From Halorarum halobium (GTDB lineage: Archaea > Halobacteriota > Halobacteria > Halobacteriales > Haloferacaceae), in contig NZ_CP134949.1 of the NCBI RefSeq assembly GCF_032116555.1, positions 1,922,001 to 1,986,000 on the forward strand: 64,000 bases of DNA. Reading direction: 5' to 3'. How positions within the stretch are numbered: position 1 is the first letter of the stretch; every line of letters begins with the position of its first letter. Position numbers and translations under genes: made by a program. This document shows, piece after piece, positions 10,549-20,719 of this stretch. The notes under the pieces were generated by a model that was given only the letters and a program-made list of their open reading frames with translations, was not told the origin of the DNA and did not search any database.

Positions 10549-11835
10549 ATGGCGACGTACCACATCGAGACGTACGGCTGTACGTCGAACCGGGGTGAGA
10601 GCCGCGAGATCGAGCGCCGCCTGCGCGACGGCGGTCACCGCCCCGCCGACGGCCCGGCCGACGCGGACGTCGCCATCCTGAACACCTGCACGGTCGTCGA
10701 GAAGACCGAGCGGAACATGCTCCGCCGCGCCGAGGAACTGGCCGCGGAGACGGCGGACCTCGTCGTCACGGGCTGCATGGCGCTCGCCCAGGGCGAGCAG
10801 TTCCGGGAAGCCGACGTCGACGCGCGGGTGCTCCACTGGGAGGAGGTGCCGACCGCCGTGCTGAACGGCGAGTGCCCGACGCCGACGGCCGACACCGAAC
10901 CCGTCCTCGACGGCGAGGTCGGCATCCTCCCGATCGCTCGCGGCTGTATGAGCAACTGCTCGTACTGCATCACGAAGTTCGCCACGGGCCGGATCGACTC
11001 CCCGCCCGTCGCGGAGAACGTCGAGAAGGCCCGCGCGCTCGTCCACGCCGGCGCGAGCGAGATCCGGGTCACCGGCCAGGACACGGGCGTCTACGGCTGG
11101 GACGCGAGCGAGCGGAAGCTGCCGGAGCTGCTCGAACGGGTCTGTGCTATCGATGGCGAGTTCCGGGTCCGCGTCGGGATGGCGAACCCGGGCGGCATCC
11201 ACGGCATCCACGAGGAACTCGCCGAGGTGTTCGCCGAGAACGAGAAGCTGTACAACTTCATCCACCTCCCGGTCCAGTCGGGCAGCGACGACGTGCTCGC
11301 GGAGATGCGCCGCCAGCACCGGGTCGGCAAGTTCCGCGAGATCGTCGAGACGTTCGACGAGCGGCTCGACCACTGGACGCTCTCGACCGACTTCATCGTC
11401 GGCTTCCCCACCGAGACCGACGCGGACCACGAGCGGTCGATGGCGCTGTTGCGCGAGGTACGGCCCGAGAAGGTGAACGTGACGCGCTTCTCGAAGCGCC
11501 CCGGCACCGACGCGGCCGAGATGAAGGGGCTCGGCGGCACGGTGAAGAAGGAGCGTTCGAAGGAGATGAGCGAGGCGAAGCGGGCGATCGTCGGCGCGGC
11601 CTACGAGTCGATGGTCGGCGAGATCCACGAGGTCCTGGTCGTCGAGCAGGGGACCGGTGACTCGGTGAAGTGTCGCGACGAGGCGTACCGACAGATCATC
11701 CTCCAGCACGCCGACGAGCACGGCGTCGAACCGGGCGACGTGCTCGAACTCGAGATCACCGGCCAGAACACGATGTACGCGTTCGGGGAGCCGGTCCGGA
11801 CGGGCCGGCGGACCGCCGGAGCCGTGTCGTCGTAA
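10549..11835 (+). CDS. tRNA t6A37 methylthiotransferase (archaeal MtaB/CDKAL1-type radical SAM)
   Basis: ETYGC...NTC...VTGC (UPF0004 domain), CMSNCSYC radical SAM motif, HLPVQSGS, TDFIVGFP, C-terminal TRAM-like region. Confidence 0.9.
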   Translation: MATYHIETYGCTSNRGESREIERRLRDGGHRPADGPADADVAILNTCTVVEKTERNMLRRAEELAAETADLVVTGCMALAQGEQFREADVDARVLHWEEVPTAVLNGECPTPTADTEPVLDGEVGILPIARGCMSNCSYCITKFATGRIDSPPVAENVEKARALVHAGASEIRVTGQDTGVYGWDASERKLPELLERVCAIDGEFRVRVGMANPGGIHGIHEELAEVFAENEKLYNFIHLPVQSGSDDVLAEMRRQHRVGKFREIVETFDERLDHWTLSTDFIVGFPTETDADHERSMALLREVRPEKVNVTRFSKRPGTDAAEMKGLGGTVKKERSKEMSEAKRAIVGAAYESMVGEIHEVLVVEQGTGDSVKCRDEAYRQIILQHADEHGVEPGDVLELEITGQNTMYAFGEPVRTGRRTAGAVSS

Positions 11836-11952
11836 ACGGGCCGATCGGCCGACGGCTCCGGCGCTCGTTTTCACGTATATCACTCGTTTAACCGGCCGAA
11901 ACGGTCGGAACGTCCGTCCCGATTGATACGTCCTCCGCGAGGAGACGCGCCC

Positions 11953-12330
11953 ATGGTGAGTCCTGGGTGGGACGTGCCGGCGGACCTGGAGGACGTGAGG
12001 ACGAGGACCACGCTGCGGGACACGCTCCACGAGCTTCCGATCGACGCGATCGTCCCGGACGGGTGGCGGGTCGGGACCACGGTCGTCTCGTTCCGCGACG
12101 AGCTCCCCGCGGACGGCGTGACCGTCTCGCACCCCGCGTCGGCCCGGGAGCTCCTCCTCACGGACGCCGGGACGGAAGGGGAGACGCTCGGCGTGTACGA
12201 GCGCGACCGGCGGACGGGCCGACGCGTCCGGGTGGCGTCGGTGGCCGGACGCGAGGACGACCCCGGCGCGGTGCGCGCGGGGCTGGAGGAGACGGCCGAG
12301 CGGGCAGCACGTATCGAGCCGGACGTCTGA
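11953..12330 (+). CDS. Hypothetical protein
   Basis: Acidic 125-aa ORF with haloarchaeal codon style and an AT-rich promoter-like stretch upstream. Confidence 0.55.
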   Translation: MVSPGWDVPADLEDVRTRTTLRDTLHELPIDAIVPDGWRVGTTVVSFRDELPADGVTVSHPASARELLLTDAGTEGETLGVYERDRRTGRRVRVASVAGREDDPGAVRAGLEETAERAARIEPDV

Positions 12331-12380
12331 GTCGGCCTGGTCACGACCGGTCCCGTTCGGATGCCCGACGTCGGCGGCGG

Positions 12381-13151
12381 CTACGTGCTCGACATGCCGC
12401 CGTCCACGACGAGCGACTCGCCGTTGACGTAGGAACTCATGTCGCTCGCCAGGTAGACGGCCGCGTCGGCGACGTCGCCGGGCGTGCCGAACCGGCGGCT
12501 CGGGATTCCCCGCTTCATCCGCTCGCCCTGCTCGGTGCCGACGACGTGGACGTCGTCGGTCGTCATCGCCGTCTCGACGAAGCCCGGGTGGATCGCGTTC
12601 ACGCGCACGCCGTCGGGTCCGAGCGCGTCCGCGAGCGAGTAGGTGAGCAGGCGGACCGCCCCCTTCGAGTGCGAGTAGGTGACGAGCCTGCCGCTCCCCC
12701 GGATGCCGGCCGCGCTCGACATGTTGATGATGACGCCGCCGTCGGCCTCGACCATGCGCTTTGCCGCCGCCTGCGCCCCGAAGTAGACGCCCTTGGCGTT
12801 CACGTCCATGAGCCGGTCGTACTCCTCCTCCGTGACCTCGAGGAAGCTGTCGGGCTGGAGGATGCCAGCGTTGTTCACCATCACGTCGACCCCGCCGAAC
12901 GACTCGGCCGCGGCGACGGCTCGCTCCAGCGCCTCGGGGTCGCTCACGTCACAGTCCACGAAGGTCGCCTCGCGGTCCGTTTCCCCGGCGATCCGCTCGT
13001 GGGTGGGGACGCCGCCCTCGCGCGGTTCCTCGCGGACGTCCGCGACGACCACGTCGGCCCCCTCCTCGGCGAACCGGACGGCGATCTCGCGCCCGTTCCC
13101 GCTCGCCGCGCCGGTCACGACGGCCGTGTCGTCCAGCAACAGTTCGGACAT
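12381..13151 (-). CDS. SDR-family oxidoreductase
   Basis: TGAASGNG, NNAG, YSHSK (YxxxK), NAIHPG, VDGG. Confidence 0.95.
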   Translation of the reverse strand: MSELLLDDTAVVTGAASGNGREIAVRFAEEGADVVVADVREEPREGGVPTHERIAGETDREATFVDCDVSDPEALERAVAAAESFGGVDVMVNNAGILQPDSFLEVTEEEYDRLMDVNAKGVYFGAQAAAKRMVEADGGVIINMSSAAGIRGSGRLVTYSHSKGAVRLLTYSLADALGPDGVRVNAIHPGFVETAMTTDDVHVVGTEQGERMKRGIPSRRFGTPGDVADAAVYLASDMSSYVNGESLVVDGGMSST

Positions 13152-13201
13152 CACCCGCCCGCTCGTGCGGGGCTCGAAAAAGCGTTACTCGGCTGCAGGC
13201 G

Positions 13202-14128
13202 TCACTCCGGCGTGTCGTCGGGCGTCGTGACGCGCTCGTCCTCGGGCTTCCACTCGCCGAGTTCCTTCGGGTCGACGTGGACGAACACGTCGTCGACCGC
13301 CGGGAGCGCCCTGATCGACTCGACGACGTCGGTCTCGATGTCGTGGGCCCGGTTCAGCGACATCTCGCCCTCGACCTCGATGTGGATGCTCACGTCGACC
13401 TCGGGGCCGACGTAGTGGGCGACGACGTCGTGGGCGGCCCGCACCTCAGGGTGGTCGAGCGCGCGCGCGAGGATCTCCTCCCGGAGGTCCTCCGGCGGCG
13501 CTGCGCCGACGAGGTACGCGACGTTGTCCCGGACGATGTCCACGCCCGTGTAGAGGATGCCCACCGCGACGACCCCGGCCGCGAGCGGATCGAGCAGCGG
13601 ATAACCCGCGGCCGCACCCAGCACGCCCACGAGCGCCGCGCCCGCGGTCAACACGTCGTTTCTGTTGTCCAGCGCGGTGGCGACGATCGCGGGCGAGTCC
13701 TCGCGGCGTCCCACGCGGAGGCAGTAGCGATACAGCGTGTACTTGACGAGGCCGGCGACGACGAGGATGGCGACCGAGAGCGTTCCGCCGGTCGTCGGCC
13801 GGACCGGCCCCGGGGCGAGCACCGCCGAGCCCGCGCTGAAGATCACCGCACCGCCCGCCGCGAACACGCCCGCGGCGACGAACAGCGACACGAACGGCTC
13901 GATGCGCTCGTGGCCGTGCGGGTGTTCGAAGTCCGGCGGCTGGGTGGTGACGTACAGCCCCGCGAGCACGACCGCGGAGTAGGCGGTGTCCGCGAGCGAG
14001 TTGACCGCCTCCGACCCGACCGCGAGGCTGCCGGTCGTCCGCCAGACGGCCGCCTTTCCGAGCGCGAGCGCCAGGTTGGCGGCCAGCAGCAGGACGCCGA
14101 CGCGACGGACCGCGCTGCGGCGGCTCAT
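13202..14128 (-). CDS. Cation diffusion facilitator (FieF-like) transporter
   Basis: SEAVNSLAD, HPHGHERIE, DNRND, C-terminal FVHVDP. Confidence 0.93.
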   Translation of the reverse strand: MSRRSAVRRVGVLLLAANLALALGKAAVWRTTGSLAVGSEAVNSLADTAYSAVVLAGLYVTTQPPDFEHPHGHERIEPFVSLFVAAGVFAAGGAVIFSAGSAVLAPGPVRPTTGGTLSVAILVVAGLVKYTLYRYCLRVGRREDSPAIVATALDNRNDVLTAGAALVGVLGAAAGYPLLDPLAAGVVAVGILYTGVDIVRDNVAYLVGAAPPEDLREEILARALDHPEVRAAHDVVAHYVGPEVDVSIHIEVEGEMSLNRAHDIETDVVESIRALPAVDDVFVHVDPKELGEWKPEDERVTTPDDTPE

Positions 14129-14171
14129 GGCGACCGTGCGTGAACGACCGGGAAAATCGTGTCGGCTCGGA

Positions 14172-14444
14172 TCAGGACTGCTGGCGATCCTGGTAGGCCG
14201 CGCCGAGTTCGCGTGCGGCGGGGACGAGCACCCAGAAGGTGAGCCCGCCCAGGATGGCCGTCCAGAAGAACACGTCGTTCAGGAAGATGCCGACGGCGCC
14301 GAACGTCGTCGACGGCTCCGGCGGCGGGGCGATCAGCTGGTTGCTGCTCTCGAACGACTCGGTGCGGTACCAGCTCGCCAGCACCATCCAGGCGAGCCCC
14401 GCGCCGGTGAAGAGTCCGAGGCCCTTGATGAACTCGTCAGCCAT
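14172..14444 (-). CDS. Small membrane protein of the haloarchaeal cytochrome bc cluster
   Basis: MADEFIKGLGLF..., two TM segments; overlaps the upstream gene in operon style. Confidence 0.75.
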   Translation of the reverse strand: MADEFIKGLGLFTGAGLAWMVLASWYRTESFESSNQLIAPPPEPSTTFGAVGIFLNDVFFWTAILGGLTFWVLVPAARELGAAYQDRQQS

Positions 14445-14904
14445 TGGTTGACTCTTCGGCGTCGTCGTCTTGAGCGTTTCCCATTCCCTCGGCCCGGAAT
14501 CGGGTTCCGACGACGTAGACGCCGGCTCCGAAGGCGATGATCGCCAGCCCCAGCAGCGCGAACGTCACGGTGAGCGCTCCCGGGCCGGGCGAGAGACCGA
14601 CGACCCCGATGAGGTCGACGAGGAGATCCCGGACGAGCGAGACCTGCAGCGTGGCCGCGTCCAGCAGCGCGAACCCGACGACGACGCAGCCGACGGCGAT
14701 GAGCGTCGAGAAGACGGTGACCGTCTTGTAGAGGCGGAGCGGGACGACGACGTCGCGGCTCCCGCGCGTGTCGGTGGTCACGCGGACCCGACGGTCGTTC
14801 GCCCCGGCCCCCGAAGTGCTCCCCCCGTCGCCGGACTCCGTCGCGGGTTTCGGGCCTTCGTCCTCCCCCGCGGGTCCCGGAGCTTCGCCACCGTCCTCTG
14901 TCAT
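14437..14904 (-). CDS. Membrane protein of the haloarchaeal cytochrome bc cluster
   Basis: RDVVVPLRLYKTVTVFSTL, TM segments, TRFRAEGMGN; downstream of petD. Confidence 0.75.
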   Translation of the reverse strand: MTEDGGEAPGPAGEDEGPKPATESGDGGSTSGAGANDRRVRVTTDTRGSRDVVVPLRLYKTVTVFSTLIAVGCVVVGFALLDAATLQVSLVRDLLVDLIGVVGLSPGPGALTVTFALLGLAIIAFGAGVYVVGTRFRAEGMGNAQDDDAEESTNG

Positions 14905-15044
14905 GTCGGACGAATGGTGCCGGACCGACAACTATCCTGCGAAGGAGCATCGCCGGCGACGGTGCTGGAGGCCGTGCGTGAGACGGGTCGGTCGAAAGGA
15001 GACGGGACGACGAGCGGCGAACGAACGAAATCGGGTGTCGCCGG

Positions 15045-15803
15045 TTACTTCGGCGGGCGAAGCCGGTAGTAGCGCCGGTTGAGGTCATACATGTACCCCT
15101 CGCGCATCGTCTTGAGCACGGCGTAGGCGATACAGCCGGTGACGAACGGCGCGAGGAACGTCAGGTCCTGGAGGACCCGCAGGTCCATCGGGACGAGGTT
15201 CTGCACCGACAGCACCGAGATGGTCAGCGCGAACGTGATGCCGGCGATGCCGACCGCGCCCCAGAACGGCTGCTCGACGGGGCGTCGCGCGCTCCCCTTG
15301 TTGAGGAACGGCACCATCGCGATGAAGCCGACGACGACGACGTTCGCGAGCACCCCGTACGTCCGGTCGGCCATCAGCTTCTCGCCGCCGAGGATGGCCA
15401 GTTCGGGGTTGAGATAGCCCAGCTTCAACAGGCCGAACGACCAGTAGAGGTACCAGTCGGGGAGGATGACCGACGGCGTGACGTTCGGGTTCGCCGGGCT
15501 CCCGATGTGGGGCGGAAGCGTCGCCGAGAGGAAGATGATCATCCCGACGAAGAAGGAACTGATCGCCAGGTTTCGCACGATCTCGTGGGGCCAGGACGGG
15601 AAGCCGAGCACGTCGCGCTCGACGTAGTCCGACTCCCGGCGGAGGTCCTCGTCCTCGCGGCGGGCCCGCTCGAAGTACTCGTAGGTCAGCCGGGAGAGCC
15701 CCGTGGTGCGCTCCTTCCGCTCGCGCCACGTCGGCGTCTCGTCGTCCGGCGCGACGATGCCCGTTCCGCCGCCGTCCGTCCTGGTGGTGTTGTCGTCACT
15801 CAT
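15045..15803 (-). CDS. petD: Cytochrome bc complex subunit IV (PetD-like)
   Basis: WPHEI, PANPNVTPSVILPDWYLYW (PEWY-equivalent), VPFL, RRPVEQP. Confidence 0.88.
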   Translation of the reverse strand: MSDDNTTRTDGGGTGIVAPDDETPTWRERKERTTGLSRLTYEYFERARREDEDLRRESDYVERDVLGFPSWPHEIVRNLAISSFFVGMIIFLSATLPPHIGSPANPNVTPSVILPDWYLYWSFGLLKLGYLNPELAILGGEKLMADRTYGVLANVVVVGFIAMVPFLNKGSARRPVEQPFWGAVGIAGITFALTISVLSVQNLVPMDLRVLQDLTFLAPFVTGCIAYAVLKTMREGYMYDLNRRYYRLRPPK

Positions 15804-15807
15804 TGGC

Positions 15808-16614
15808 TTAGTGGGGTTCCGCGATGCCCTGCACCCAGACGATGCCGATGTGGAGCGCGATGAGCGCCGTCACGACGAACGGGAGCAGGAACACGTGCAG
15901 GATGTACATCCGTTGTAGCGTCGACTGGCTGAGCGAGAAGCCGCCGAAGATGAGCTGTGCGACCCACTCGCCCGCGAGCGGGATGGACAGCGCCATCTCG
16001 ACGCCGATCTGGCCGGCCCAGAACGCGAGCTGGTCCCACGGGAGCAGGTACCCCGTGTACCCGAACACCATCGTCAGCGAGATGAGGACGATGCCCAGCA
16101 GCCAGTTCAGTTCGCGCGGCTCCTTGTAGCCGCCGGTGAAGTAGACGCGGAGCATGTGCAGGAACACCGCGGCCGTCATCACCTGTGCGGACCACCGGTG
16201 GATCGACCGCAGCATGAATCCGAACTGGAGGTCCTGCATGATGTACGCGATGGAGTTGTACGCGACCGACGCCTCGCCGGGGGCCGCCCCGGCGGACGCG
16301 GGACTGTAGTAGAAGCCGAGTAGCGCGCCCGAGACCGCCGCGACGAGGTACGCCAGGGTGCTGAAAAAGCCCAGCGTGTACAGCGGGTACCAGTACCAGA
16401 ACTTGTTGTCCAGGTCGTACTGCTCGGTGTGGGACTTCGGCATCTGGAGGTTGACGCGGTAGTACAGCGTCTCGAGCAGCTCCAAGTAGTCGACGATGCG
16501 GAACCGCTGGTCCAGCCAGACGAGCGAGACGAGGAAGCCCCGTTCGACCGCCGTGAGATCCTTGTTCTGGAGCCAGGCGTCGTGGTCGTGGTCGTCTCGT
16601 TTTTGCAGGCTCAT
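15808..16614 (-). CDS. petB: Cytochrome b6-like subunit
   Basis: RSIHRWSA...FLHMLRV, PRELNW, TGYLLPWDQ, ILHVFLLP...ALHI; four heme-ligating His. Confidence 0.93.
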   Translation of the reverse strand: MSLQKRDDHDHDAWLQNKDLTAVERGFLVSLVWLDQRFRIVDYLELLETLYYRVNLQMPKSHTEQYDLDNKFWYWYPLYTLGFFSTLAYLVAAVSGALLGFYYSPASAGAAPGEASVAYNSIAYIMQDLQFGFMLRSIHRWSAQVMTAAVFLHMLRVYFTGGYKEPRELNWLLGIVLISLTMVFGYTGYLLPWDQLAFWAGQIGVEMALSIPLAGEWVAQLIFGGFSLSQSTLQRMYILHVFLLPFVVTALIALHIGIVWVQGIAEPH

Positions 16615-16615
16615 G

Positions 16616-17002
16616 CTATCTCTTGTAGTAGGGGTAGACGGCGCGTTTGACCTGTTCCCACGCGTCGACGCCGAACTCCGCGCCGTCGGCGTCCTCCTCG
16701 CGGACGTAGAGGTCCTCCCACTTGCGCCGCCGCTTCTTGACGATCATCACGTCGGGGAGGAACTCCTTGCGGTACAACACGAGGATGAAGGCGAGGTCGA
16801 CGAACACCACAGCGAGAATGGCGCCCAGGAACATGTTCCCCGTGTCCGAGAGCCCCCAGCCGTTCACGAGTCCGTACGTGAACATGAATACGAACACGAC
16901 CTCGATGACGGTGAGCAGCACGATGGCGAGCGTCGCCGCCGTGCTCTCGCGGGCCGGTTCGTACCGGTGGATGTCGCCGTAGGTGGAGCCGGAACTGGAC
17001 AT
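16616..17002 (-). CDS. Two-TM protein of the cytochrome bc cluster
   Basis: MSSSGSTYGDIHRYEP...LYRKEFLPDVMIVKKRRRKWEDLY; tightly packed between halocyanin and petB. Confidence 0.8.
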   Translation of the reverse strand: MSSSGSTYGDIHRYEPARESTAATLAIVLLTVIEVVFVFMFTYGLVNGWGLSDTGNMFLGAILAVVFVDLAFILVLYRKEFLPDVMIVKKRRRKWEDLYVREEDADGAEFGVDAWEQVKRAVYPYYKR

Positions 17003-17004
17003 GG

Positions 17005-17640
17005 TCAGCGCCCCCTCCCGGTGTTGGCCGATTCACCGTACTTCAGCACGTAGAACGTGAAGATGATGCTGACGATGATGCCGAGCACCGTCGCCGAGCC
17101 GACCCAGTGGGCCTGAATCGGCACGCCGAGTTCGTGGAGCTCCTTCGGCCCGCCGCCGCCGGTCGACACCGTGGGGACGTCCTCGCCGACGGCGATGCCG
17201 CCGACCATCCCCGACTGGAGGTGCGGCTGGCAGTAGTACTCGTAGATGCCGCCGGTGTCGAACGTGACGGAGAACGAGAACCCTTCGCTCTCCAGCGGTT
17301 CGTGGCCGCTCACGCTCGCGTCCGAGGGCGCCGACTCGAACAGGACGTTGTGGCCGCCCGAGACCCACTCGAACGTCACCGTCGTCCCGCTGTCGATCCA
17401 GACTTCCGTCGGAATGAACGCGAGGCCGTCCCCGCCGCCGACGTCGATGGTGACCTCGGACTCGCCACGGAGGTCCTGGTAAGTGCCTCCCTTGGCGCCG
17501 TCGGTCCACCCGGCGAAGTCGGGTTTCTGCCCCCCGCCACCCCCTTCCTGTGCGGCGGCGGTGCCGGCGCTAGCGGACGCGCCGGCCCCGAGGGCGGCGG
17601 TCGCTCCGCCGGCGTTTCGAATAAAGTCCCGCCTCTTCAT
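17005..17640 (-). CDS. Halocyanin-type blue copper protein, Tat-exported, C-terminal membrane anchor
   Basis: MKRRDFIR Tat motif; type-1 Cu ligands HNV...YYCQPHLQSGM; C-terminal TM helix. Confidence 0.92.
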   Translation of the reverse strand: MKRRDFIRNAGGATAALGAGASASAGTAAAQEGGGGGQKPDFAGWTDGAKGGTYQDLRGESEVTIDVGGGDGLAFIPTEVWIDSGTTVTFEWVSGGHNVLFESAPSDASVSGHEPLESEGFSFSVTFDTGGIYEYYCQPHLQSGMVGGIAVGEDVPTVSTGGGGPKELHELGVPIQAHWVGSATVLGIIVSIIFTFYVLKYGESANTGRGR

Positions 17641-17718
17641 CTGTACTGTGGAGTCGGGGGTCGCTCTGCTTAAAGCCACCGACCTTTCCCGCCCGTCCGA
17701 ACCACCAGCATCGAACCG

Positions 17719-18657
17719 CTATCCCTCGGTTTCGGCAGGTCCGTCGGCGTCCCCTCCGAGCCCGGAAGTCGTCCGGTCCTCGGCGCGGCTCTGGCGCTCT
17801 CGTGCCTCGGCAAGCGCCTCCTCCGCTACCTCCTCGAAGGACGCGAACTCGGGGCCGTCGCCGTCGGTGATCCCCGCCGCCCGCAGCCGATCGCGGTACT
17901 CCTCGGATCGGAAGCGATCCGAGAGCCGGGCGTTGGCGACGACCGCGAACAGGAACACGCCGACGACGAGGAAGAACGTCGCCATCACGGGTGCCACGAT
18001 GGTCGTGAGGGAGAACTCCGGGAGGAACGGAATGAAAGCCAGTGGGCTGCCGGGCAGCAGGCTGACCAGCCACGCCGCCGCCAGCCCGAGGCCGGCGAGG
18101 ATCTGGCCGGCCGCGACCGCCTGGAGCATCCGGTTCCCGAACTCGCCCGTTCCCGACTCCACCTCATCGGGCGTCGGCAGTTCGTACTCCTCGGGCGGCT
18201 CCCGGACCTCGTAGGAGTCCATCGAACAGAGGGCGACGGACGGCTTGACGTCCCTGAGGACCGTCCCCTCGCCCTCGACGCTGCCGTCGGGGTAGACGAT
18301 CGCGTACCCCTCGTCGGAGTAGGCGACGATCGATTCGGGGTCACGTCGCCGCTCCAGCACGGCGAACACCGTCCGATCCGCGATTCGCAACTGGAGGTCC
18401 TTCTCGACGCGGTCGAGCAGGTCGCGCCCGGTGATCCACGAGTCCGCGTCGAACGCGGCCTCCCACTCCGCGCCCGTCATCTCGGCCATGTCGGCCGGGG
18501 AGAAGTCGTCGAAGTCGTACTTCTCCTCCACCTCGGCGCGAAGCGCGTCGAGGTCGGGGTCGGCGGTTGCTGCCGCGCCGCCCTGCTCGTCCCGGACCGC
18601 CGGGGATGCCGACCGCTCATCGCGGTCCTCGGCCGGCGCGTCGGCGGGGTCGCTCAT
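17719..18657 (-). CDS. Haloarchaeal conserved membrane protein
   Basis: VEEKYDFDDF..., YSDEGYAIVYPDGSVEGEGTVLRDVKP, two C-terminal TM segments. Start re-picked at MSDPAD. Confidence 0.8.
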   Translation of the reverse strand: MSDPADAPAEDRDERSASPAVRDEQGGAAATADPDLDALRAEVEEKYDFDDFSPADMAEMTGAEWEAAFDADSWITGRDLLDRVEKDLQLRIADRTVFAVLERRRDPESIVAYSDEGYAIVYPDGSVEGEGTVLRDVKPSVALCSMDSYEVREPPEEYELPTPDEVESGTGEFGNRMLQAVAAGQILAGLGLAAAWLVSLLPGSPLAFIPFLPEFSLTTIVAPVMATFFLVVGVFLFAVVANARLSDRFRSEEYRDRLRAAGITDGDGPEFASFEEVAEEALAEARERQSRAEDRTTSGLGGDADGPAETEG

Positions 18658-18801
18658 CGTCCGACGGTAGCTCTCGTGGCCGGATATGCGTTCCGACACT
18701 CGTTCGGGGTGAACGGGTTTGCGATGGGTTGACGGTTCGAACGTCATGTGATGGGTCCGAAAACCCTCCAGGCCACGACGCTCCGTCAATTTGTTCGGGC
18801 G

Positions 18802-18921
18802 TCGACAGCCCCGCGGCTGTCGGCTCCGGGGCCCCGCTGCGCTCCTCGGCCTGCGGCCTGCGGTGCTCGTCCCTCGCACGCGTCCGCTCGCACTCCTCGG
18901 GGTTCACCGTCACGCGCGCCA
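18802..18921 (+). repeat. Short (internally deleted) copy of the intergenic hairpin-repeat family
   Basis: TCGACAGCCCCGCGG...CCGCTGCGCTCCTCG...GGCCTGCGGTGCTCGTCCCTCGCACG (identical string at ~55255-55280)...CGCGCGCCA. Confidence 0.8.
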
Positions 18922-19009
18922 CCTCGACCGGGTTCGACCGATCGGAGCCGACACACGGGGCATCGCCGTATCGGGGGGCTTTACCACCGACCGGCCGTAG
19001 CGGGCGGCG

Positions 19010-19495
19010 ATGGTCGCAGACTGGGTCGTGGCCACCGTCGCGCTGCTGCTGGTCACGGCGAGTTTCCCGTTCTACCTCTACGGCGCGTGGATCCTGCTCG
19101 ACCGTGACCAGGACAACGTGACCTGGGAACTGCTGGTTCGCCACCTCTCCGTTATCCTTCCCGGGCTGGTTCTCACGACGATTCCGGTCGCGCTCTGGAT
19201 GGCACCGCGCCTGCCCGGCCAGCTCGGCGGGCTGTCGGCCGTGCACGCCTTCCTCGGCCTCCAGGCGTACGCGCTGCTCGTGTTCGGGCTCACGGGAATC
19301 GTGCGCATCTTCCAGGTGAAACGCGAGGCCGACCTCTACCGGGACCCGGGCCCCGACGTGAACCTGAACGACCTCCACGAGCACATGGGCGCCTGGCGCG
19401 GCCGGTTGCGCCTCGGCGTGTTCGGCTACACGCTCTTCTGGCTCTTGGCGTACCTCGTCGGCCTGTATCGGTACTACCTCCGGTACGTCGCCTGA
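19010..19495 (+). CDS. Haloarchaeal conserved membrane protein
   Basis: 161 aa, four TM segments, SFPFYLYGAW. Confidence 0.75.
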   Translation: MVADWVVATVALLLVTASFPFYLYGAWILLDRDQDNVTWELLVRHLSVILPGLVLTTIPVALWMAPRLPGQLGGLSAVHAFLGLQAYALLVFGLTGIVRIFQVKREADLYRDPGPDVNLNDLHEHMGAWRGRLRLGVFGYTLFWLLAYLVGLYRYYLRYVA

Positions 19496-19540
19496 GGCTG
19501 CCGCGGGGGCGTCGCGTTCGCCGAACCCCGACCCGTGGCC

Positions 19541-19789
19541 TCAGGACTGGTACGGCTCCTCGTCGCGGTGGGCGTCCGGGTTCTCCTGTTCTGCCGCGTC
19601 GCCCTCGCGCATCTCGCCGTCGGCGTCCTCGCGCGTCTCGCCGTCGGCGTCCTCGCGGCCGACCTCCTGATCGGGCGTCGGGTCCTCCCCCTCGGGTTCG
19701 GGCCCGTCGTCGTCCTGCACGTCGACGTCGGTGTGCTCGTCGACGTCGATGCCGTGCTCGTCCCCCCCATCCGACTCGTCACGTGCCAT
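19541..19789 (-). CDS. Small highly acidic hypothetical protein
   Basis: MARDESDGGDEH...; internal repeat REDADGE twice. Confidence 0.6.
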   Translation of the reverse strand: MARDESDGGDEHGIDVDEHTDVDVQDDDGPEPEGEDPTPDQEVGREDADGETREDADGEMREGDAAEQENPDAHRDEEPYQS

Positions 19790-19878
19790 GCCCCGAGGTA
19801 CGTGCTCGCGCCGAGTAAGTTCGCTGGCCACCTCGCGTTCGACTGGTTACCCGCCGCCTCGCCGGGCGCGTCGTCCGT

Positions 19879-20562
19879 CTACCACGCCTCGCCGTTCGCC
19901 AGGTCGACCGCCGAATCGCCGCGCTCGGACGGACAGATGTCCGCGAGCACGCAGTCCTCGCAGTCCGGGTTCCGCGCCGTACAGGTCGCCCGGCCGTGGC
20001 TGATGAGCAGATGGGTGAACATCCGCCAGTCCTCCTTCGGGACGACGTCGACCAGGTCACGCTCGATCGCGTCGGGTCGCTCCTCCCCCGTGATGGCGAG
20101 CCGCCGCGAGAGCCGCTGGACGTGCGTGTCGACGACGATTCCCTCGACGACGTCGTGGGCGTGCTGGAGGACGACGTTCGCCGTCTTGCGACCCACGCCC
20201 GGCAGGTCCGTGAGCGCCGACATGGTGTCCGGCACCTCGCCGTCGTGCTCCTTGGTCAGGATCTCGCCGATCCCCTTCAGGTAGCCAGCCTTGCTGTTGT
20301 GGAACGTGATGCCGTAGATGTCGTCGGCCAGTTCCTGCTCGTCGGCCGCGGCGTAGTCGGCGGCGGTCGGATACTTGTCGAACAGTTCCGGCGTCGTCTC
20401 GTTCACCCGTTCGTCGGTACACTGGGCCGAGAGGACGACCGCGACGAGCAGTTCGAGCCGCGTCGAGAAGTCGAGCGAGATGTCCGTGTCGGGGTACGCC
20501 TCGTAGAGCCTGTCGAGCAGTTCGGCGACCTGGTCCTCGCGCGAGTCGAGCGCCGTTCCCAT
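19879..20562 (-). CDS. nth: Endonuclease III
   Basis: LSAQCTD, HhH LPGVGRKTANVV, VDTHV, 4Fe-4S motif CTARNPDCEDCVLADIC. Confidence 0.97.
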   Translation of the reverse strand: MGTALDSREDQVAELLDRLYEAYPDTDISLDFSTRLELLVAVVLSAQCTDERVNETTPELFDKYPTAADYAAADEQELADDIYGITFHNSKAGYLKGIGEILTKEHDGEVPDTMSALTDLPGVGRKTANVVLQHAHDVVEGIVVDTHVQRLSRRLAITGEERPDAIERDLVDVVPKEDWRMFTHLLISHGRATCTARNPDCEDCVLADICPSERGDSAVDLANGEAW

Positions 20563-20719
20563 GGCCCGGCCATCGGCGTGGCCGGTGTTGAGTGGTCCGG
20601 TCTCACCCGGCGGCGAGCAGGGGAGCCGGTCGGAAGGCAAGCGTGGGAGTAAGCCGGAAAGCGAGCGGGAGATCCGGACGGAGGGCAACGGTTTTGTCCC
20701 GGCAGGCGGATCTGATCGT

